Shown here: piece after piece, positions 19,601-31,740 of the stretch
How the letters are laid out: every line of letters begins with the position of its first letter
Position numbering within the stretch: position 1 is the first letter of the stretch
Assembly (NCBI GenBank): GCA_020536535.1
Contig: JAHLWZ010000837.1
Span: 23,986 to 87,985, forward strand
Source: Pelomyxa schiedti
Lineage: Eukaryota; Protista; Evosea
Length of the DNA: 64,000 nucleotides
Direction: 5' to 3'
The notes under the pieces: model-generated
What the model was told of the DNA's origin: nothing
Database searches by the model: none
The model's input: the letters and a program-made list of their open reading frames with translations, nothing else
Translations under genes and position numbers: made by a program

Positions 19601-22011
19601 AGGTACACCTGACTGGACAGCAGAGGAAGTTACACAGTTCCTTGAGCGGTTTCCTACCATTGGTACCGACTGGAGGGCAATGGCACAATGCTTCACGTCA
19701 CGCACTCCCTCTCAGCTAAAAACATTCTACCTGGTATGAATAAATCCAAAATGAATGCCTTTTCCCATTATACTATATTAGGAAAACAAGGAGAAGTTGG
19801 GTCTTCAAGAACCAGATTCCTCACCTCGTACTGTCCACTTTCTTCACACCTTTCTAATGCCCAATAGAAGCACGAAAGCGCCCTCCTCGAGCACATAGTA
19901 ATTGCAGCACCAATGCAGATAATAATGAACAAGATGACCACCCGCCAGCACAGAAGGCCAACAGACGCTGCAAAAGGAGAAAGAAGCAAACAACACCACA
20001 ATCAACACAAACCCGGGCCAATTCACCACTCCCACCAGGCGTGATGTCTCCTGCTTCTGATGACGAGGACACACCCAATCAACAGGCAGCTTCATCCCAA
20101 AAGCCTTTCTCTGCAGACGTATCTATAGTGCAAGATGTTTTAGATGAAATCAAAGGCGAATTTGAGTCTGAGAAAGAACCTGGCCCAGCTGCAACCAATT
20201 TTGATCAGCCTTCACCCCAACCCCCATCTCCAGATAAACCAGTGGGTACTTCTGCTGTACCTCCCTCTACAACCACTGCAGCACCAGCCGTGCCACAGTC
20301 CCCTCCAACACCATCTTCTACACCCTCTCTTCCCGGCACACCCACACAACCTGATCCGCCTGCAGCGTCACCCTCTTCTGAGCTACCCCCTTTAGATCGG
20401 CATTCACACTCACCAACGTCACAGCCAACAGAATCATCGAAATCCCCATTGAAAGCTCCATCGAAATCCCAGCACCAAAAGTCAAAGGCTCCCAAGCAGT
20501 ATTGTAAGAGCCAAAATGAAGAGCCATCGCAGAATCACCCATCACCTACAACAGTTTTCCAACAACCATCTCATAAAAAACTCAAATTCAACCCTCCCAA
20601 AATTGACAGACAAGAACCTGAGAATGCTGTTTCAGCTCCCAGTTCGGAAAAACTCTCAGGCTCAGGCTGTGGTAGTCCTGCTCAGGACTCCATATTTAAC
20701 GAGACTGGGGACAATCAATATCCAAATTCACCATCTCCACCTCTCTTATCACCTGCAAACTCACCAGTCCACACACCCCCGTGCCCTATTTTATTCTCTC
20801 CACCATCACCTGTGCCCCTTCCCACACAAATACCACCCTCAAATGTGCCCCTCCCACCACTTTCCGGCGTTGCCGAACACATCTTAAATGTAATTCAGCC
20901 ACTTCCAGGGATAGCTTCTGTGTATGAGGCAGTGAATGACTACACCAATAGCCATAATACCGCAGAATACAGCGACATCATTACGTGCAGCAGTCCTCCG
21001 CCTTCACATAGGTCAGCCTTTCGCCATTTCAGCCAACAGCAGCCGCTTCAACCTCAATACCAACCCTATTCACAAGCACTTCCTGCACATCACCATTATC
21101 AACACAAGCACAAACAAAAAAAGCAAAAGAAGCAGAAGATAAAGAAGCGACCAAAGAGGCAGATGATACCAGTTCTTCAGGACTTCTCACAGATTGAACA
21201 AAGTCTCTACCAGCCTCTCACATCATCAATGTTCCCCATATCTCCACAAGAACCGCTTGCACCCACATCCACTCTCCTTCAGGCAACCTCCAATACCCAA
21301 ACACTAGGTATTCCAACACAAGGACTTTCAGTGTGCACCACAGTTCCCACCACCCCCACACCACCCCCTACAGTAGCAACAACTTCCCCCTCTACTCCAC
21401 CTCTAACACCACATCCTGCACTCCTTCACACTTTACCCTCCCCAACACAAAATCAACCCACCTACACACACCTACCATCGCCACTCATGCCGGCGCCCCC
21501 TCCGCGGCACTCTCCCCATCACCTACCTCACTGCACACCCATGGTGGCAGTGCCATACCCCATTCTTATTGTAAAATCTGCCAATACAGTCAAGCCCTTC
21601 TACCCCCCACTACAAACATGCGCACCCCCTGCCCCTCCCCCGACCCCCAGTCCCTCTCCAGTATTCACACACTTAGGGGCAGCTCCCCCGAGGTCCCCTT
21701 CCCCCCTTGTGAAGCTGTACATGCACAATCCCCCTCCGCCTCCACCCATACAACAACCACAACCACAACCACAGCCACAGCAACAACAGCAGCAACAAAA
21801 ACCACCACCCACATCACTATCTGATTCACGCCCACATCCCCAGCTTGACACATCATGTGGGGAGTTGGAGGCACTACTACAAACAGCACCGGTCACACCA
21901 GCAAGCACCACAATACAGATACCGGCCACTCCGGACATCACCACGGTCACACTCCCGTTCCAACCGAGTGCACCGCCACTCCAACAGGACATCACCAACC
22001 CACACCACTAA
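13699..22011 (+). CDS. Large NCoR/SNT1-like SANT/Myb co-repressor with low-complexity RD-, RS- and Pro-rich regions
   Basis: FVDNNR-LMENP..WTDEEKSRFVTKFIQHPKGFPEIA..EVVAFYYLH (NCoR SANT1-like); WTQHEQKQFIDGLRQYGKDW; WTAEEVTQFLERFPTIGTDW; exons at 15.4-16.0 kb uncertain. Confidence 0.8.
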
Positions 22012-22220
22012 TCACACTATTATCGATCAAATAAAAGAGCACCGGTGTATGATACCAATTCTCTTTGTCAATAACAACAACCCCACCCATGCACATTTCG
22101 GGTCAATTCAACTGCCCTTGTGTGGAAGGGTGCCTGGTTGGTTCCTTTTTCTCACAATTTTCCCGCATAAAAATACCAAGGCGTCTTAGAAGAAAAAGGA
22201 TTAGCATAAGTAAAAAAAAA

Positions 22221-22728
22221 ATGTCAGATACCTGTGTCGCTTGTGGGGGTTGCTCCAAAGTTTGTGGGAATTGTGGTGGCCGCTTGGAACAGAAGTCCGA
22301 AAACTGGGGCGAGAATGCTGATGGAACGTAATAACCCCTTTTCACTTGCCCTAAAGGCTCCCGCCATTGCACATAATACTGCATAAGTTACATAATTCGA
22401 AAAAAAAATCAACAAAAAACCAAGGTGGTATGGGGATGAATACACTTTGATGTGGTGCCCAAAGTGCTGTGACAGCCCACCCTACGACGTGAAGTTCGAA
22501 AACGACCCTGGAAAACTGTGCGACACTGTTGTCAAGTCCAAGGTTATTCTCAAGCCCATAAAGTGTCAACTAAATGGAAAACACATTTAACTTTTTCCCC
22601 ATCAGGTGGCTCTTTATAACAGGTGTGACTTGTGGAGAGGCACTACCACACTTGATAATATAGACACAACAGTTCCATGTCAGTGCGTCAAACAGGCGCC
22701 TGCTCGCACTGCCGCTCGCGCCCCTGCC

Positions 22729-22760
<32 letters not shown>

Positions 22761-23589
22761 CACTGTTCGCCGTGAGCCCCAATGCCCATTTTGTGGAAAG
22801 GAGAGCCTCACCGCTGCGTCGCCTTCACTGGGGCCCGCGTGCCTAGCCAAGTTGAATGCACCAGTGACACACTCCACGCCAAGTCCCCCAACGATTCAGG
22901 AGATGCGGGATTCTGGGAGATGGCCCTGGTTCCCGATGTACTTGCCCCCCGATAGGGAGAAATTCGTAACAATCCCTTCGTGGAGACTGAAAAATGGTTT
23001 GTGCCACTTAACTTCCACTCACACAAAGATAACGGATTCCCAAAAGATGATGCGATGTTGATTCAGAGCCAGCTGGGTAAGTATGACTCCAGGATCATAT
23101 TTGGCACCCAAACTGATGAAGTCTTTGGTCTGGCGTTCAGTGCCACCGGAGAGGTGTGTACAAAAGAACTAACAGTACTGCAACCCTAATTTGTTACATG
23201 GCTTTCAACAAAAGCTCACACTCCACGGTGTCACTACCACGGTACATAACCCTGAAAACTGCTCTGGTATCATGCAAGAAAACAACCTGATAGTTTTTCA
23301 TGTATCTTCCATCAACCGGAAACAACTACTGTTGGTTCTTGTAACACTCACCCAGGTACATGATGATGTGCTCAGCTTGTGGTTGAATGGCAAATTAGCC
23401 TTCCAGTTCTCTACAAGTTCTTTGGACCTCGGCCAGGTTTTTTTTACGCAACTGTGTTCATTTGAATTCATCAACAAACCACAGGTACAGTGCCTTCGTT
23501 TTGATGGGCGCATTGTCATTTCCAAAGTGATGTATTCAAAGTTCACACCATCAGAAACTACAGACATTCTTATGGGCAGCCTTTTTTAA
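22221..23589 (+). CDS. Hypothetical protein: Cys-rich (CxxC) N-terminus, (PA)n linker, possible galectin-like C-terminal beta-sandwich
   Basis: CVACGGCSKVCGNCG and CPFCGK motifs; C-terminal IVFHV..LSLWLNGKLAFQF..VQCLRFDGRIVISKV; exon structure at 22330-22620 unresolved. Confidence 0.45.
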
Positions 23590-23814
23590 TGATAAACGAA
23601 AATTTTTTTTATTATCCCTCAGGCTTCCACTGAATACAGTACGTTCAGACATTAATAACCGTGTGGTTGTTATGTTCCTGTTGAGTTTTGGAACTGATCC
23701 AGAAACCTGCCTGACATAATGGTAAGGAGAGACTGGAGATTGCGGAAAAATAGCACCGACCTTCATTGAATTGATTGTGCGGCAAAAGGAAAAAAGAAAA
23801 AGCAAGAATTAGCG

Positions 23815-25026
23815 ATGGACCGTAATGCTAATGGAGCCTCCGACACCGGAAACAAAGAGAGCCGGGGAGACGAACCAGGTGATCTCACAGTTTCAGTCCA
23901 AATGGAGCCTACCCTCACGTCCCAGTCTCAGTTCGTTGCCCTGGCTTCTGGGTGCCTGATTCCTCGATGCGGCCTCCACAGCGCCGTTCGCCTCCTTTCA
24001 CCCGTGCTCCTGGCCGAGATTGGCCGATTATGGGTCGTGTGCGGCGCCCGCCACGTGGGCTTCTCGATGAGCAGGACGATGGGCTCGGTCACGCGCAGCA
24101 AAACGGTTCAGCTCAACGTGTTCGTCGCGATCTCGCCTACGCTCGGCGTCGTCACCCATAATTGCGTGGAGTGCGAAGACGGCACCACCCTCAAAGGCAG
24201 CATCGGCCCCGACAGGTTCCTGGCGGAGCGCCACGCCGGCGCGCACGATGTCGTTTCGATTGTGGACGGGCGCGGCCAGCCGGTTGTGAGTGAAGTGGCG
24301 GTGGCGCCGTGGTGGAGTATGCTGCAGGCAGCGTGCAATTATGGGTGGATTGTGATGTCTGCTACCTCGTACTTTTCTATTGTCAGAGTGGTTGGGGGTG
24401 AAATGGTTGGGAAACCTTGCGAGATACTATCTGGTGTGTATGAGTTCCAGCCGCGTGCGGGCGTTTTTGCAAGTCAGAGTGGTGATATCTACGCTCTAGG
24501 GGTGAAGAAAGTCATGGGCGAAGAGGAGAGCATGGAGTGCAAGATACTTATCCTGGATTTGGCACAGACGCTCGCGAAGAAGGCTCTTACTGTTTTACAG
24601 GAGTTCAGCAGTCTCGACTCCTACGGCGAGTGCTTTATTGTTGGTTCCGTGTGCTTCAGCATCAACAATTCTGATCACTTCATACAAAACGCAGCCACCG
24701 GCGAGACTCAGAAGCTGCCGAGGTTGTGTTACCTGTTCCCAGTGAGTGTAGACCACTTTTGCGTTCACAGCTCAGAGAAGCTGACCATCCACCGAGCCGG
24801 CGAAGACACCAATAAGCCCAGTCTCTCGTTCCCATCATACGGGCCACTGGATTCCAGCCCCCAGACCGGCAGAACAGGCATCATCATTGTACCGGCAGCC
24901 GTTGCCCCAAAGTACTTGCCACCACCATCACTGTCACCAATGTTACCCCAGTCAAAGTCCCTTGCTCTTGTGGATGTCCCATCAGGCACAACCATTGCAC
25001 TTATGGTTTTGTCCTGCAGTGTGTAA
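23815..25026 (+). CDS. Intronless lineage-specific protein (403 aa) with an F-box-like N-terminal motif and a beta-rich body
   Basis: Single ATG-initiated ORF; SQFVALASGCLIPRCGLHSAVRLLSPVLLAEIGRLWVV header. Confidence 0.7.
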   Translation: MDRNANGASDTGNKESRGDEPGDLTVSVQMEPTLTSQSQFVALASGCLIPRCGLHSAVRLLSPVLLAEIGRLWVVCGARHVGFSMSRTMGSVTRSKTVQLNVFVAISPTLGVVTHNCVECEDGTTLKGSIGPDRFLAERHAGAHDVVSIVDGRGQPVVSEVAVAPWWSMLQAACNYGWIVMSATSYFSIVRVVGGEMVGKPCEILSGVYEFQPRAGVFASQSGDIYALGVKKVMGEEESMECKILILDLAQTLAKKALTVLQEFSSLDSYGECFIVGSVCFSINNSDHFIQNAATGETQKLPRLCYLFPVSVDHFCVHSSEKLTIHRAGEDTNKPSLSFPSYGPLDSSPQTGRTGIIIVPAAVAPKYLPPPSLSPMLPQSKSLALVDVPSGTTIALMVLSCSV

Positions 25027-25306
25027 CGGTTTCACCTTCGAAAATTCCAGAACTGTTCTTGAGGTTAGGAAAAAAGAGGTTTGACTCTTTGACACCAAGG
25101 ATCAATCGACGCCACCCACAGTCAAAGGGGAAAAAAAAAAGCAACTTGTTGCGTACTATCTGGTAATTCCGTTGATTTGCTTTTTTTTCGCCGGTGATGC
25201 GGAAACTAGAAGAGGGTGGAAGTTCTCGTTCAGTTCGAGTGTCATTTCGTTCCATTTAATCACAGTGGGGTCTCGTGTGTGCGTGGTGAAGTGAGATCTT
25301 GCGGTG

Positions 25307-27446
25307 ATGTCGCTGCTATTAGAGGTTGTTATTGGGTGTGTGATAACGTGGATCTTTGCACGGTGGTGCCCCTCGCTCGTGGACGCGAAGGCGTTTATGT
25401 TCAAGTGGACATTCCGGTGCGTACGCCAGCCTTTTGTTGTAGCTTCTTTTTTGATCTATGTCGCGATGTTTTGTTAAGTTCATCGTAAGTGCCGTAGCGT
25501 CGATTCCGGCAGCACGTCGATTTGTGGATAAATCCAGAAACACAGCCATTGGGATGTTGGTTGAAGACCACCGAAAGAGCACCTCCACACTGCCCAAGTT
25601 TGTCTGCCTTCCAGAAGTGGGCTTGCCTGAGGATAAAGTCATGGACTTGCTGAAAGAGGCTAGAAAGATCGAAGAAAATCACAGAGCTGGTGTGAATGTA
25701 ACATCATATACCTCGCATTTGATTATCCCCCACACAATCCTAGCACTCTGGGTGCATCTACTCTTCTGATCATGACCACAATGATCTGGTAGCCACTGCA
25801 ACCACATGGTTCCCTTTCGCTGATGCCCTGCACTCAGAAGTCTATGTTTGGTGCGTCCCTTTGGCTTCAGGGTTTTGACTAACCTAATGACAGTGCCAGA
25901 AAGATGGAAGCTGAAATAATCAGGATGACTGCCACAATGTTACATGGTGATCAACGGCCTGGTGTGTGCGGAATTGTTACAAGTGGCGGGACAGAAAGGT
26001 TTTCTTTGGCAACGTCACATTATTTTTTGCTCACTCCAAATCCAAGTATTCTACTTTCAACCAAGGGGTACCGTAATAGAGCCATACAGCAAGGAATGGA
26101 TCCTGACAACCTGGAAATCCTTGCTGCAGATTCTGTTCATTCGGGTATCAACTATCATGTTTTATCTGTGGGACGTACTCCTAACAACAAAACAGCCTAT
26201 GTTAAAGCCGCCCATCTATTAAGAGTAAAATTAGTGCGAGTACCCGTTAGAAAGCCTACCCTGGATGCTGATATCCGGGCAATGAGTGCCAAATTAAACA
26301 AGAACACTTTTCTGGTTTGGTTCTGGTCACCACCTCCCTGCTGATTTTGCTTTCAGGTGGTTGCATCCGCACCAAGTTTTCCACATGGTATTGTTGATGA
26401 CGTGGAAGCTCTGGCCAAAATGTGTCTACGAGCGGGAGTCGGTCTTCATGTCGACTCCTGTCTTGGTGGATTCGTTCTACCGTTCGCGAAACAACTTGGA
26501 TATCCAGTCCCAAACTTCGATTTCTCCGTGGAGGGTGTAACTTCCATGTCCTGTGACACGCATAAGGTTTCCCTTTCTTGTCATAGTTCTGTCTGACCAT
26601 AAGTAGTATGGGTGTGCCCCAAAAGGAACTTCGGTGGTGCTATTTGCCTCACAAGAACTTCGCTCTCATGCCTTTTTCCATGATTCTGAGTGGCCTGGTG
26701 GCTTGTAAGTGCAATTTATAACTTCACCATTTAGAGCACTCTTTCGTTTTTCCCTGTTCAATAAAACTGATAATATTTCACATACTCAGAGAACTTTTCC
26801 TTTTACAGATATAGCACTACCACCCTTCTTGGTAGTAGACCTGGCTCTGTAGTTGTTGGAACCTGGGCTTCAATGCTTCATAAAGGAGTATCTGGGTACC
26901 TGGCTACAGCAAAGGCAATGCTAGAAACTTCGGCAAAAATAGTTGCCGGGTTAGTAATTTCCTATATCGTCAGCTTTTTAACATTACCAAGGCTACGCAA
27001 AATTCCGGATGTTACAGTCCTTGGAGATCCTGATAAGCTCTTGTTTGGTATCAAATAAAAACTCCTTAAATGGAAATTGACACACAACAGTTGTTCCATT
27101 TACCACTCACCGTGTAAGTATTTTCAAAGTAGCTGAAGCATTGAGCCGGAAGAAGTGGTCTCTAAATGTAATGCAGAATCCAGAGTAAGTTTTTATTTTA
27201 TTGTTTTTATTGTACCTCTCTAACTACTGCACCAGTGCTGTGCATCTGTGTGTGACTGGGTACCACGTAGGCCAGGAAGATGTCTTCATATCAGCAGTTG
27301 AGACATCAGTAAGAGAAGTTGCTGAGAATCCAAAGCAGTTCAATTCCAAGGCACCTTTTTATGCTGGGGCAGCCCTTATTGGTGATAGAGAGGTTCTTGC
27401 GAGCTTGCTGGGGGACATCCTTGCTGCAATGGAAGACACTGTTTGA
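25307..27446 (+). CDS. SGPL1: Sphingosine-1-phosphate lyase (PLP-dependent)
   Basis: N-terminal TM; [68 protein letters not shown] (PLP lysine), GSRPG. Confidence 0.92.
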
Positions 27447-27497
27447 TTCATCACTGGATACCAACGAAAAATTTTTGGCTGCTGAACGGAAAAAAAT

Positions 27498-28619
27498 TCA
27501 TTTTTTTAGACCAAGCTGTTTCAGCATTATTTCCAAAGGTTCTTCTGCCAGGTGCCTCAACCAGAAATGAGAAGCTCCAGAAACAATAGTAAGAGTTGTG
27601 TGCTTGTGCCCCAGGGCCTTCAGTTTCCCCACTAGCCACTGTGAACACATAGGAACCACCATTGTGTCATTGTCGCCCTGCCATATGTGAATCGGCACCT
27701 CGGCAAGGTCTCTTACAAAGGCAGGGAAGTCATAGTGTTGTGCAGGTGTCGTGATAATCTTCATGAGGTCCGGTTGCCCCCGGTTGTAGTACCTCTGAGA
27801 CCTGATCATATCCTGGGCCATGGCCTCCATTCCCGCAAATGGAAGCTCACCAAAAGTCGCGAAGATCTCCTCGGCAGGCTTGGAAAAAGCGCTTGCGTAG
27901 AGGTACTTGATGACCACGGGGCCGAGCAACGTCGGCATCAGCCGGTGCTGTATGAACCCATTGGCAGGGTCCGGGATAAGCTGGGCGAATCCGCCAAAGT
28001 CCGGCATTGCAGGGATTCCGGGGGCGCCCAGCAGCACCCCCAGGAGCTGCGTGTGCCCGCTCCTGGCCACGCTGTGAGCCACGGAAATGCCCACGGCGCC
28101 CCCCAGCGACCCCCCGAGGACTATCACCCTCTTGATGCCCAGATGGCCCAGCAGGGCGCACACGTCGTCTCCGTACGAGCCCAGCGTGGCCCCGCTCCCC
28201 TGGTCGTGGGGAGTCGACAGCCCGAATCCGGGGTAGGTCGGCGCGATCACCCTCCTGGGGCCCAGTGGTGTCTCTGAGGTGCTGGGCTCGGGGCTGGGGC
28301 TGGGGCTGGGGCGGGGGCGCAGGCTCAGGCCCAGGGCGGCGTTGATGGACCACTCGGAGCCCTTGCCGGTCGTGGCGCCGCCGTGCAGGCCGAGCAGGAC
28401 CAGGTCGGTCTCGCTGGGGTCGCCGTAGTCAAAGTACTCGAGCAGGCGGCCGTCGGGGAGCACGAGGAAGCGGGCGCCGTCGGCGGCCCCGAGGGCCGTG
28501 GCAGCTTCCAGCCCAATAGGAGTGTATCTGTTGGCGTCCCACACCACCCACACCAGCCACAGCACGACGGCACTCAGCACTGTAGCTGCCACCATCCCAA
28601 CCTTCTTACACCACCCCAT
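27498..28619 (-). CDS. Membrane-anchored alpha/beta hydrolase, intronless
   Basis: N-terminal TM; LPDGRLLEYFDYGDP, LHGG oxyanion loop, PGFGLS, GGSLGG nucleophile, QGDNDTMV, GASHF; first ATG at 28619. Confidence 0.88.
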   Translation of the reverse strand: MGWCKKVGMVAATVLSAVVLWLVWVVWDANRYTPIGLEAATALGAADGARFLVLPDGRLLEYFDYGDPSETDLVLLGLHGGATTGKGSEWSINAALGLSLRPRPSPSPSPEPSTSETPLGPRRVIAPTYPGFGLSTPHDQGSGATLGSYGDDVCALLGHLGIKRVIVLGGSLGGAVGISVAHSVARSGHTQLLGVLLGAPGIPAMPDFGGFAQLIPDPANGFIQHRLMPTLLGPVVIKYLYASAFSKPAEEIFATFGELPFAGMEAMAQDMIRSQRYYNRGQPDLMKIITTPAQHYDFPAFVRDLAEVPIHIWQGDNDTMVVPMCSQWLVGKLKALGHKHTTLTIVSGASHFWLRHLAEEPLEIMLKQLGLKK

Positions 28620-28919
28620 CGTCTTCAAAACAATGACTGTGGCCTGTCTGCTTATGGGCTTAAAAGTCACCAATTCCTATGTTCGCGTGAAACCACCAAG
28701 TAGAAGAAAAACTGAGACTATTTTTTGAGACTGGAAGCAACTCTCAGGGAATGAAGCTGATAGACCCCGAAGTCCACTATCCTTTCTTTGTTCTTCGTGG
28801 TAGATACTGTTCCTTGCGGAAGCTGAAGTTGTTCAATTCAGCATCTGACACTACATCTGACAAATCATCTTCGCCTCCATCGATCTTTCATCAGTTCCTT
28901 CTATTTTTCGAAAGTCGAT

Positions 28920-30967
28920 ATGGCAGGTGCCGGTTTTTTGGTGCTGTTGGCGCTTCAATCGCTTTTCTTGGGTCTGCGTGCAGACACCTCAGTGTCTCAG
29001 AGATTGTCCAGTTGTGCCGATGTGTATCAGACGGCCAGGGACACGGACGACCGGATCACATGGAAACAGTGCGTTCCATTGCTCGGTGACGCGGTTCTTG
29101 GTCAAAACTGGACCGTGGCTGTCGATACCAGCCGTGTGTTCCTGTTCATCCATTTGAAACCGAGAACCTGCCTGTGCAATTAACTTCGAAACGGTTCGTT
29201 TTTGTAGAGACGTACCAACAGATCCTTGGATTTGGTGGTGCGTTCACTGAAGCTGCTTCTTATGTTTTCAGTCTTATGAACCCAGATGTACAGCAGGAGA
29301 TTCTTAATGCGTACCCATACTTTTGTTTCCCCACTCTCTAGCTCACACTGTACTACATAGTTATTTTGGGCCCACAAACTCAAATCTTTACACGCTGGGC
29401 CGGGTTCCAATCGGTTCAATTCCAAACTCAATAGTTGCGGTGTTGTATAACACTCCCCAGGTAGTTGTGATTTTAGTCTTGGGAGCTACTCCTATGATGA
29501 TACTGCCGGGGATTATTCTATGGAATACTTCTCAATTGAACATGACCAGGAACTAATAATTCCATTTATAAAGCAAGCCGTTTCCCTCTCTGAGGTCAGT
29601 GAGTGCTTTCTTCCGCGGAGTTCGGAGTAAATTTGTATTAGGAATCTGGGAGAACATTCAAGATGTTTGGTAGTCCCTGGTCTCCTCCCGCTTGGATGAA
29701 GAAAAATGGAGCTATGAATGGATCAGCTTTCGAAGGACTCATTAGTGACCCCCAAACTCAGCAAGCATGGGCATTGTACATATCAAGATTTATCCGAGAG
29801 TACCGAGTAAGCATTTCCACAGATGCATTGTTAACTAATGTCCATCCCTCAGAATACTGGAATTCCTGTTTGGGCAATTACTCCCCAAAACGAACCCACT
29901 AGTGATGGAAGTGAATGTGGTTCGTCCCGTGGAGATTGTGAAGCCTGTCAATACACGTACCATTCACAAGTCCTCTCTTTCTCCTAATTGAATCAAGTGC
30001 CTCCTACATGAAAGATTTTATTAAAGGTTACCTGGGTCCGCAAGTCAAGACAGATTTTCCTGATATAACGTGCGGTACTTTGCATGGATTATTGGAATAA
30101 ACTTTTCACACAGGATAATGATGCTGGATGATGATAAGGAGCACCTAAATTACTGGGCAAGGGAAATCCTGGATGATGCCGATGCAAGTCAATGTTTGTA
30201 TTCACTTCGGGAATAAGTTTCGCAACTCAATCTCCAACAGATATTGATGGTATTGGTGTCCACTGGTACTGGGTTTTTGAAGACTTCTATCGGCTTGATG
30301 CAGTCCATGACAGCTACCCTTCCAAATTCCTTCTCGCTACTGAGGTACCTTCATTCCTTCATTTCTGGGGCCTGGGTTCAATTTATAAAGGCCTGCAACT
30401 GTCACGGAGTCAAACTTGGTGATTGGAGTAGAGGTGAAAAATATGGAAAAGATATCTTGGGAGACTTGGCACACTGGGTGACTGGGTTTGCTTGATTCTC
30501 TTACGTACAAAATTGATGAACAAAACAGGTGGGTTGACTGGAACTTGGTATTGGATACAAATGGAGGACCAAACCATGGTGCGTACAACAATCCAAAAAC
30601 AAGAAGGAATTGTATTAGTAATAACAAAGCCACTGACTCTGAAATTTGAGGGGAAAACTGGTGTGATGCACCGCTGATTGCCAATACAACTGATGGCACA
30701 ACACTATATTACCAGCCGCCTTACTGGTACATGGGGCATTTTACAAGGTTCCTGCCACCCGGGAGTACCAGAGTGGCAGTAAACACGCTTGAAGAGTCCG
30801 ATGTGCAGGCTGTGCCATTCCAGCTTGAGAATGGCAGCATTGCTGTTGTGGTTCTAAACCTCTCGGATTCCCAATATGACTACCAAATACAACTCGTGCA
30901 GCAGAACCAGTTTGTGGTTATCACCCTCCCTTCCCATTCCATCCAGACAGTACTGATTGCTGCCTAA
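28920..30967 (+). CDS. GBA: Glucosylceramidase, glycoside hydrolase family 30
   Basis: Signal peptide; YQQILGFGGAFTEAA, GRVPIG-SCDFS, SPWSPPAWMK, WAITPQNEP (acid/base Glu), GIGVHWY, LLATEAC (nucleophile), DWNLVLD, MGHFTRF. Confidence 0.93.
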
Positions 30968-31046
30968 ATTGAATTATTTAATGTTCTCTGTGCGAATTGA
31001 AAAAAAAAGGATTCAGTAAAAATTTTTAAGTGAAACCTTGCATACC

Positions 31047-31622
31047 TTATGACTGCTGATGCTTGGCAACACACGTGGATGTATCCAAGTGCAAATAGTG
31101 AAGAAATTTCCTCCTAGCAGCAATTGCCTGAGCCAGCCACTGCAGTTCTTCAAGTAATTGCTCTTGGTCCCTGAATTCAGCCAACCTGCCACTGGTTGCA
31201 AACTCTGAGATAAATCTCACTGGATCAAATTCGGTCTGTGTCGATTCGGTTTTCATCAGGCCTGCGCTCTTGGTCCTCCTTTCTTCCGGGTTATTTGTGT
31301 TGACATTCCTTGCCGGATTGGGTTTCGCCGTTTGCGACTTGGCGGCGTTTGATTTTGACTGGGCCAATTGTGCTCGTTCTTGATGGAGGAGACCCTCGTT
31401 GTCTGTCAAAGAAAAGGAGGCCATATGTGCAGGGACACCGGTGTCACTAGAGTCCAGTTGCGACGATTGAGGCCAGCGAGGTGGACCAAATGTAGTAGAA
31501 CCGTAGTCCTTTGGCCAGATCAATTCCCTCACTGCACGTGGACCTTCAATCGATTCCACAATTGACTCGTAATCTAGTCGCACAGACAACAACGCCTCCC
31601 TCGATACACCAGCCCGTTTCAT
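31047..31622 (-). CDS. Hypothetical protein (about 191 aa), divergent from the U2 gene
   Basis: Uninterrupted ORF from ATG at 31622 (MKRAGVSREALL...); no recognised family. Confidence 0.5.
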   Translation of the reverse strand: MKRAGVSREALLSVRLDYESIVESIEGPRAVRELIWPKDYGSTTFGPPRWPQSSQLDSSDTGVPAHMASFSLTDNEGLLHQERAQLAQSKSNAAKSQTAKPNPARNVNTNNPEERRTKSAGLMKTESTQTEFDPVRFISEFATSGRLAEFRDQEQLLEELQWLAQAIAARRKFLHYLHLDTSTCVAKHQQS

Positions 31623-31679
31623 CGACGAAATAGGTAGTTCTATCTCCAAAATCCTTTCTAAAGGTTATCAATTCACCGA

Positions 31680-31687
31680 TCCCATAA
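31680..31687 (+). promoter_or_regulatory. DUSE/PSE-like snRNA promoter element TCCCATAA (U2)
   Basis: Matches Dictyostelium DUSE WCCCAYAA; starts 61 nt upstream of the U2 5' end; the same 8-mer precedes U5. Confidence 0.75.
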
Positions 31688-31740
31688 CCGGGACAATCAG
31701 GTGGGGGGGTAGTCTCGAGGGAACCGAGAAAACCAAATTC

